Shown here in pieces: positions 57,773 to 64,000 of a DNA stretch of 64,000 nucleotides (position 1 is the first letter of the stretch; the number at the start of each line of letters is the position of its first letter). Source of the DNA: Acetobacter sp. 46_36. GTDB taxonomy: Bacteria > Pseudomonadota > Alphaproteobacteria > RF32 > CAG-239. A program made the translations under genes and the position numbers. The notes beneath the pieces are model-generated. The model was not told where the DNA came from, did not search any database, and saw only the letters and a list, made by a program, of their open reading frames with translations. The stretch lies in NCBI GenBank assembly GCA_001917135.1, contig MNTT01000008.1:78564-142563 (forward strand), in the 5' to 3' direction.

Positions 57773-58366
57773 ATGGCTTTCAAAGACCTTACCCGCCGGA
57801 TATACGACCATACGTTAAATCTGGCTTCCCGCAAAAATGCCCTGACATGGCTTTTTGTCATCTCTTTTATTGAAAGTTCTTTCTTCCCGATTCCCCCGGA
57901 CATTATGATTATCCCGATGGTTTTGGCTACGCCCAAAGAAGCATACAAAATTGCCGGCGTTGCAACCGTCGCCAGTGTCCTCGGCGGCTATTTCGGCTAT
58001 TTCATCGGCGTTTACGGATTCGAACTGATAGCACGCCCCCTGTTGGAATTTTACGGCTATATGAAACAATTCGGCGAATTTGAAAACTATTATCATGAAT
58101 ACGGCGCCTGGATTGTCTTTGGAGCGGGAATAACCCCGTTCCCTTACAAAATCATTACCATTGCCAGCGGCGTTGTCCGTTTGGATTTGGTTGTGTTCAC
58201 CATCGCGTCAGTCATCGCCCGCGGTATGAGATTCTATTTCATCGCCTGGCTGTTGAAACGGTTTGGCGACCCGATGAAAGTATTTATTGAGAAAAACCTC
58301 AATCTGCTTTCAATCCTGTTTCTGCTGTTGCTCATCGGCGGTTTCGCCGCCGTCAAACTGCTGTAA
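57773..58366 (+). CDS. DedA/YqaA (VTT-domain) family membrane protein
   Basis: 197 aa with TM helices and a DedA-type motif region (..FFPIPPDIMIIPM..GAGITPFPYKIITIASGV..). Confidence 0.7.
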   Translation: MAFKDLTRRIYDHTLNLASRKNALTWLFVISFIESSFFPIPPDIMIIPMVLATPKEAYKIAGVATVASVLGGYFGYFIGVYGFELIARPLLEFYGYMKQFGEFENYYHEYGAWIVFGAGITPFPYKIITIASGVVRLDLVVFTIASVIARGMRFYFIAWLLKRFGDPMKVFIEKNLNLLSILFLLLLIGGFAAVKLL

Positions 58367-58387
58367 TATCTGCCTGCTGAAATAAAA

Positions 58388-58412
58388 AAGGACTTTATCC
58401 AAGTCCTTTTTT
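58388..58412. terminator. Bidirectional rho-independent terminator
   Basis: Reads aaaaaa-AAGGACTT-tatcc-AAGTCCTT-tttt, between convergent dedA-like and pilin-like genes. Confidence 0.8.
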
Positions 58413-58462
58413 CAAAGGCCGCCGTTAAAGCAATGCCCAAATTAATACAAACAATATCAGAA

Positions 58463-59116
58463 TTAAAACAATGTCAGAATATTGCAAGCCTGTTTTTCTT
58501 CGCTGCAGACATTGCATAAACTTTCAATATCGGCAGCATTTATTCTCTCTATACAATTCCGGGAATCTCTGCAATATTGGCACCCCATATACCAGTCAGA
58601 ACCGTTATTCCAGCTGTCGTTCCGCTTTTCGGCTACTCTGATTGCAAAAATTCTGTCGCAGTTAGGAATAATAACATTATGAAAAACCAGCCTGCAAAAT
58701 TCTGCCGTTTCTTTTCCCTTTCTTTGTGAAAGCACAAAATCAATATCAACACGCCGATTGAAGCTGAAAGACATCAAATCGTTACGGACAAACGGGACTA
58801 TATGATTGCCCAGTCTGTCAGAAAAACGATTTCCAGATACAGTCCATGAGGACGGCAGCATCCCCCATTCTTCCATATATGGTCCGATATATAAATGGCC
58901 GCTGCTTTGCTTTGACATCATCTTTATCCAGTCTTTTTCATAAACTAACATTTCTGAAATAAACAGATTATACTCTTCGGTACATTTAATCGCTTTCCAC
59001 CTGAACACAGCCTTCCCGAATTCGGCAATGGCGCCAGCCGACAAAACGCCGACAATAGCCAAAACACCAAGCATCTCAATCATTGAACGCCCGGCCTGAT
59101 TAGATTTTATACTCAT
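58463..59116 (-). CDS. Prepilin-type N-terminal domain protein (orphan type IV pilin/pseudopilin-like), Cys-rich C-terminus
   Basis: N-terminus MSIKSNQAGRSMIEMLGVLAIVGVLSAGAIA carries the class III signal (G-1, E+5, hydrophobic helix). The globular part (about 185 aa) has 10 Cys. No pilus-assembly genes are nearby. Confidence 0.55.
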   Translation of the reverse strand: MSIKSNQAGRSMIEMLGVLAIVGVLSAGAIAEFGKAVFRWKAIKCTEEYNLFISEMLVYEKDWIKMMSKQSSGHLYIGPYMEEWGMLPSSWTVSGNRFSDRLGNHIVPFVRNDLMSFSFNRRVDIDFVLSQRKGKETAEFCRLVFHNVIIPNCDRIFAIRVAEKRNDSWNNGSDWYMGCQYCRDSRNCIERINAADIESLCNVCSEEKQACNILTLF

Positions 59117-59533
59117 TTAACAACTCCCAGTCTGCAAAAATAAAAAAGCCGCCAAATAAGGCGACTGGAAGTTGGAAACTACTTGATTCAAAATAGTGCG
59201 GCATATTAGCCCAATAAGCCATATACTACTAGTATATATACGGTTATTTTATCTGTAGCATATTTTGCCGCCTTCCAGTCTTTACCGGAAAGCGTGCAAA
59301 ATTATCGTCTTTACACAGACGTGAATCAAAGAGGTTTCCACACCCCAGACAGGTCAAGCCCTATCCGCATTTAACTTATAAGATTACATTCCAAAAAGCA
59401 AACATTTTTTCTTATATTCTCCACTCAGCCGCCGATTTATATCTCCCCACAAAATCCCGTTTGTTTTTCTGCCGGCATACAAAAAGCGGCGCCAGATTCC
59501 CATCCGGTGCCGCCTTGCCTTAAAGTTTCAGAA

Positions 59534-60925
59534 CTATCTTCCGGCCTTAATCGCCTCAATCAGCTCATGCGTTGTCGGAATATGCCCGTTCACATACAAC
59601 GAATCCTGACCGAAACGGTAAACCTGATGTCCGGCAAACAACAAATTGTCGTCTGTCTTGCCGTTATGGCTGATGTCAAACAGAGTCTTATGAATGCAGT
59701 AAGTTCTCGGGTCGCAGATTTTCCCCGTCGTCCCGTTCGCCCCCGACCAGGACGAGAACTGGCACTGAGACAGACAGCCCAAACATTTCGCCCGGTCGTC
59801 TTTCATCGTTGCCCATTCTTCCGGCGTCAGGAAAACCACCGTACTGTCCGGCGTTTCCTGAATAACCGTAAATCCGGCTTTAATCTGATTATCGGCTTTC
59901 GCCAAATCCGCAGCCCTGACAAATACCGTTTTGACATTGCTCAATGCCAGCGGCGTATCAAACTCTTCCGTTTTTTCTGCGCTGTACGCAACCTCCCCTT
60001 CTTTGCGTTCCATCAAACGGCTCAAAAACTTGTTTTTAATCGCCGAAGAATAAAATCCCGTCGGGCTGAAACGCTGCAAAACAACATCGCCCGGTTTCGT
60101 ATTGAGCATAACCTTTTTCCACGCGTCGCTGATTGGGCTTTCCTGCGTAATCATCGGGCGCGTTCCGAACTGGAATGCGACTTTGCCGATTTCCGGATTG
60201 TCCAGATAATCTGTCCAGTCGCTTAACGACCAAACCCCGCCGGCAATGATAATCGGCGTCTCTGCCAGACCAAGCTTATTCAACGTTGCCCGCAGCTCTT
60301 TAATCCGGTTATACGGATTCTGCGGCTCGTTCGGATTCTCTGCGTTGGACAAACCGTTGTGCCCGCCCGCCAGCCACGGATCTTCATAAACCACGCCGCC
60401 CAAAAACTCGCTGTAATTGGCATACGCGCGTTTCCACAAAATCTGAAACGCCCGCGCCGAAGAAACGATGGGATAATAGTAAACGCCTTGTGCCGACGCA
60501 ATCTCGCCCAATTTATACGGCAGCCCTGCACCGCAGGTAACGCCGTGGATAAGCCCTTTGGCACCTTTCAAAACTTCCGTGATAACCGTTTCGGAATCCG
60601 CCAGTTCCCACAACTCGTTAACGTGAATCCGCCCGTTATTTCCTGCAATCTCATGCGCTATCCGCGCTTGGGCAATACCGCCTTTAATCGCCCCGGCAAT
60701 CAAATCCTCGTGCCGTTCCTGCCGTTTCAGACGATGCGACCGCTCCATGACAACGTTGCCGTTTTCATCATAATAGTCGGCGCTGACCAGCGAAATCGTC
60801 CCCACGCAGCCTTCTTTGGCAAAATGCCCGCTGCTGCGGCCGTCGGTTCCGTTAATTCCTTTTCCGCCCTCAATAATCGGACAGACTTCCTTGCCTGAAA
60901 TAACGATGTTTTTTAAATTTATCAC
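59534..60925 (-). CDS. Nitronate monooxygenase (NMO / 2-nitropropane dioxygenase) family flavoprotein
   Basis: FMN-binding TIM-barrel signatures (..PIIEGGKGIN.., ..LAGGHNGL.., ..IIAGGVWS..). At 463 aa it is longer than typical NMO/FabK. Confidence 0.55.
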   Translation of the reverse strand: MINLKNIVISGKEVCPIIEGGKGINGTDGRSSGHFAKEGCVGTISLVSADYYDENGNVVMERSHRLKRQERHEDLIAGAIKGGIAQARIAHEIAGNNGRIHVNELWELADSETVITEVLKGAKGLIHGVTCGAGLPYKLGEIASAQGVYYYPIVSSARAFQILWKRAYANYSEFLGGVVYEDPWLAGGHNGLSNAENPNEPQNPYNRIKELRATLNKLGLAETPIIIAGGVWSLSDWTDYLDNPEIGKVAFQFGTRPMITQESPISDAWKKVMLNTKPGDVVLQRFSPTGFYSSAIKNKFLSRLMERKEGEVAYSAEKTEEFDTPLALSNVKTVFVRAADLAKADNQIKAGFTVIQETPDSTVVFLTPEEWATMKDDRAKCLGCLSQCQFSSWSGANGTTGKICDPRTYCIHKTLFDISHNGKTDDNLLFAGHQVYRFGQDSLYVNGHIPTTHELIEAIKAGR

Positions 60926-61035
60926 AAGTTTTTCCTTATAATTCCAAATAAACCAATATAAATTTTATAACAGCAATTTTTTAAATGAAAAGTAGGCACT
61001 TGGCGGTCTGTTAGTATCCTCAGAGAAACTGTCAT

Positions 61036-62559
61036 CTAAAAAGCCTTGAACAATCTCCCCCACTCAATATCATTGCCGACAATCAGCGCTATTGCCACAC
61101 AACAATAAGTATATGTTATAAGGGCATTAATTGTCGTCCCCCCGGCTCTTTTCACTAAAAAGCGGCGGAATTTTCTGATCATCCAATGCAAAAAATTAAA
61201 GAACAGGATGCAGGCAATCAGCTGCAAAGATATCCCCAGCCCCTTCAACTCCGTTTTGTACTCCAAGGCCGCCCGCGGCAAAAACGTCATCAACAGGCTG
61301 TAAAACATAACCAGAAAATACGTTACCCGCATCGCACGCTTTTCGCTCTGCATATGTTCGATTTTATCTTTTTCCAAACTTTCCCGCGACAGTTTTTTCA
61401 GTTCGAATCCGCGGATTTTCCGGGGCTCTGCCTGTTTTTCCTTAATCGTTTTCAAATTTGCCTTAAGCCGTTCTTCGGCCACGCATAACCCGCATCCCTT
61501 ATTGGTAAAATATGCGTGGTTGGGATTCTTTTTGCAATGTTTCAGATTCTTCAGCAAAAAATCCAATTCAGCCTGCCATTCTGCCGCTGTCGGACGTTTT
61601 TGCCCCTTAACAAATGCCCGGTCAAACAGCTTCATCGTGCTCTGCGGCAAAAACTCGTGAATACTGTACGGATGCGGTGCCTGATAGCTGTCACCCCACA
61701 TACCGTAGGCATAATGGTACTGTTCTATTCGCTCCTGTATGGAAAGCGCGCTGTCCGCATTTTTTTTCGCCACGCCGGAAAACGGATGGATGCCGTTGTT
61801 CAACAGCTTGAAAATAATCACCGCCAGGGCAAATTTATCCTGCTCTTCGCCCATATCCTCGCAGGATTGGGCCATTCCTTCGGGATAAATATATTCCTCG
61901 CTGACAAATTCCGCCGGAAACCGCGCCTGCTCGCCCTGAATCGAAAAACCGTCGCAGTCAAACATGGCCACCGTCATCGTTTTTTTGTAAATAGAAACGT
62001 TCGCCGGTTTCAAATCAATGATATAATGCCCGTATTTATGCAGTGATGCCACCATCAACGCCACGTTGTATGCCGCCATAACCCGGTATTCGTACTTGTC
62101 GCTGAGGCCGAGCTTGGCACGAACCGCCCCTTGCATCAGATGGTCAAGGGACACCGCTTCCGCCGTATTGATAAAAGGCATCAGATACCCGACACAATAC
62201 CCTTCGTCATCTTCCAAAACCGCTTCCGGCCAGGCAATCTGCACATACTCTACCCCGCCTGCACGTACGCTCGGAATATTCGGATTGTTTACCACCATCG
62301 CTTCCAGTTTCAGGCGGTTGGTATTGCTCTTCTGCCGTTCATGAAAAATCTTCGCTACTTTCGCCGGCTGTCCGACAATTTCATAAATTTTTCCCGCTGC
62401 ACCACCCTTGTTCAAGAGCTTACCAAGCGTCAGCCGTTCAAAATGTCTGTCCGCAAAAATCGCATTAACCTGAAGCTGTGCCGTATCTTCTGCCATCACC
62501 GTAACCCTGCTCATAAAATCGCTGTAACCTTGCCTGTAAATCTCTATAGCCCTGCTCAT
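61036..62559 (-). CDS. Hanks-type Ser/Thr protein kinase with a C-terminal TM segment
   Basis: Catalytic loop HYIIDLKPANV (HxDLKPxN), Lys-containing beta3 (AKIF), DFG-like DCDGF, and a C-terminal hydrophobic region. Alternative Met starts lie 15 and 21 codons downstream. Confidence 0.7.
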   Translation of the reverse strand: MSRAIEIYRQGYSDFMSRVTVMAEDTAQLQVNAIFADRHFERLTLGKLLNKGGAAGKIYEIVGQPAKVAKIFHERQKSNTNRLKLEAMVVNNPNIPSVRAGGVEYVQIAWPEAVLEDDEGYCVGYLMPFINTAEAVSLDHLMQGAVRAKLGLSDKYEYRVMAAYNVALMVASLHKYGHYIIDLKPANVSIYKKTMTVAMFDCDGFSIQGEQARFPAEFVSEEYIYPEGMAQSCEDMGEEQDKFALAVIIFKLLNNGIHPFSGVAKKNADSALSIQERIEQYHYAYGMWGDSYQAPHPYSIHEFLPQSTMKLFDRAFVKGQKRPTAAEWQAELDFLLKNLKHCKKNPNHAYFTNKGCGLCVAEERLKANLKTIKEKQAEPRKIRGFELKKLSRESLEKDKIEHMQSEKRAMRVTYFLVMFYSLLMTFLPRAALEYKTELKGLGISLQLIACILFFNFLHWMIRKFRRFLVKRAGGTTINALITYTYCCVAIALIVGNDIEWGRLFKAF

Positions 62560-62600
62560 AAAATCGCTGTAACCTTACCCGTAAATCTCTATAGCCCTGC
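62505..62600. repeat. 45-bp tandem direct repeat (2 full units plus a partial third) spanning the kinase start codon
   Basis: Unit 1 ccctgctcataaaatcgctgtaaccttgcctgtaaatctctatag occupies 62505-62549. Unit 2 (62550-62594) has two mismatches. ccctgcccac follows. On the minus strand each unit reads ATGAGCAGGGCTATAGAGATTTAC..., reproducing the MSRAIEIY start. Confidence 0.85.
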
Positions 62601-63398
62601 CCACAAAAAAGTCTTGTCATCAGAATTCAGTCGCCGCGCTTGTTTGGTATCCAGCGTATTGTTCAATGCCCGCAGCGCCTGCATCTTATTCTGTTCGCTT
62701 TTAAGATAACGGTTAATCGGCTCAATAAACCCGTTTTTCAACCGACATGCATCGTCCGACAGGGCAAAATTCGTAACCCCGTCCGTCATCAGAAACAATG
62801 CTTCCGCTTTGCTTATCTCCGTAAAACGGAGACAATCGCGCCAGTTGCTCATTGTATAAAAATATGTCTCACACGAAAAATTCCCGTTCGCCGGCCTGGA
62901 AAGCGTATAACGCAGCCCGGTCCCCACCGTCGTTTCGCCGTATACCGCAATGCCGGCACCATCACCGATATGAAAAAACAAACCGCGGTTCTTATGGTAA
63001 ACCGCTCCGACCAACGTCGCCGAAAAATTCAAAATTTCCGATTCCGATTTGCTTTTGTTTAACCGGTGAATGACAAGCCGCCGCCGCGCTATGTCAATTG
63101 CTTTTTTTACCGCCTCTTCCGCATCTTTCAGCGGCGTATTTATCAACACGTTGACCAGCGTTTCGCAAACAACTTTAGCCCCGATTTTGCCATATTTAGC
63201 CGACCCTGCGCCATCTGACACCACTGCCACGAGTTTATTGCCCGAACACGCATACTGGTAAAAATCCTGACACGGCTTTTTCTTGGCCAGATGCAGCCCT
63301 CCTGTAATTTTAGTCGCGATGACGCGGATGCTCCTAGGCGTTTTCTTCATGCCAGCCCTCAATATCGTCCAAAATATCGGGCATATTCGGCGCCGCAC
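62589..63398 (-). CDS. PP2C-family Ser/Thr protein phosphatase (probable start at internal Met MKKTPRS, about 63350)
   Basis: PP2C metal-binding motifs (..VAVVSDGAGSAKYG.., ..LFLMTDGVTNF..). Confidence 0.7.
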   Translation of the reverse strand: MRRRICPIFWTILRAGMKKTPRSIRVIATKITGGLHLAKKKPCQDFYQYACSGNKLVAVVSDGAGSAKYGKIGAKVVCETLVNVLINTPLKDAEEAVKKAIDIARRRLVIHRLNKSKSESEILNFSATLVGAVYHKNRGLFFHIGDGAGIAVYGETTVGTGLRYTLSRPANGNFSCETYFYTMSNWRDCLRFTEISKAEALFLMTDGVTNFALSDDACRLKNGFIEPINRYLKSEQNKMQALRALNNTLDTKQARRLNSDDKTFLWAGL

Positions 63399-63996
63399 GG
63401 GAAATACAGGACACGCTGCGCGACAGCCAAAGGAAAAACTCCGTAAACTTCAACCCGCTTAAACGCTTGGGTGCCATCAGCGAAAACTTAGCCAGCTTGT
63501 CCAGATTAGCCCCCTGCGTGCCAACCGCGTGGATAACGACTTTTTTATTCTGCTGCGCTTCCCGGCATTTTGCCGCCGCCAGTTCCCAGCCGTAATCCGT
63601 CGGTTCCCCGTCGCTGATAAGGAAAATCCACGGCCGTTTGGAGGTAATGCCGCAGCTGTCATACAGACATTTTTGTTCCTCTATTTTCTGCAGCGCCAGT
63701 TCCATTGCCTTGCCGATAGGCGACAGACCGGAGGCCTCCATAATCGGCGCGGTAAAATTCATCGCGTCAACCCAGTCCGCGGAAATTTCCGCATCGTCTT
63801 TGCCGTACGCCTTAATCACCAGCAGCTGTACGCGCGAACTGGCATCAATATCCTCTTTCAGTTCTTTTTCCAGCGCCTGCAACCCGGTATTCAGCTGTTT
63901 AATCGGTTCTCCGCGCATTGAACCCGAACAATCCAACACTAAAATGCACGGCGTCCGCTCGTTGGCATTTTCTGCAAATTCCACATAAGGAATCAT
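63334..63996 (-). CDS. von Willebrand factor A (vWA) domain protein, TerY-like
   Basis: MIDAS DxSxS (ILVLDCSGSMRG) plus downstream Thr/Asp MIDAS residues (..ISDGEPTD..). About 220 aa, with a 5' end very near the window edge. Confidence 0.75.
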   Translation of the reverse strand: MIPYVEFAENANERTPCILVLDCSGSMRGEPIKQLNTGLQALEKELKEDIDASSRVQLLVIKAYGKDDAEISADWVDAMNFTAPIMEASGLSPIGKAMELALQKIEEQKCLYDSCGITSKRPWIFLISDGEPTDYGWELAAAKCREAQQNKKVVIHAVGTQGANLDKLAKFSLMAPKRLSGLKFTEFFLWLSRSVSCISRAAPNMPDILDDIEGWHEENA

Positions 63997-64000
63997 AACG

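Overview
This 64-kb window is bacterial chromosomal DNA, dense in housekeeping genes and most consistent with an alphaproteobacterial lineage. Nothing here was checked against a database: every call rests on motifs read from the supplied translations and on manual inspection of the nucleotide sequence.

Features:
- Cell shape: mreC (partial), mreD, mrdA (PBP2), rodA.
- Glycogen/maltodextrin: glgB, glgX, malQ.
- Partial ribosomal cluster: secY-adk-rpsM-rpsK-rpoA. rplQ is missing after rpoA, and no rplO or other ribosomal gene lies upstream of secY.
- RNA and lipid maturation: miaB-phoH-ybeY-lnt, trmB, yggT-DUF167-folD, ppa.
- Other: a YejE/YejF-like ABC permease and ATPase, a stomatin/NfeD pair, one tRNA-Arg(CCT).
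- About a dozen lineage-specific hypothetical genes, no transposase or integrase genes, no CRISPR.

The most striking element is a circularly permuted two-piece tmRNA (ssrA) at about 15.93-16.24 kb. The acceptor piece ends CCA-3' only 9 nt upstream of a GGGGGUG 5' end that forms a G3·U acceptor stem with it. The tag reading frame encodes ANDNFAPVAVAA. A consensus sigma-70-like promoter precedes it, and a gene for the ClpXP adaptor SspB plus a small ribbon-helix-helix protein follow it.

Other loci worth follow-up:
- A vWA / PP2C phosphatase / Hanks Ser-Thr kinase triad at the 3' edge, with a 45-bp tandem duplication across the kinase start codon.
- A TerB-like gene translationally coupled to an unknown partner.
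- An ABC permease+ATPase operon that has no second permease or binding protein; the operon is headed by a 782-aa membrane protein whose C-terminus is built from 36-bp tandem repeats.
- An array of seven ~22-bp iteron-like repeats upstream of a 506-aa orphan gene.
- Recurrent pyrimidine-rich intergenic tracts that always lie on the + strand, and several other intergenic direct repeats.
- A GDYXXLXY/DUF2157 module and a frameshifted orphan gene sitting where rplQ would be expected.
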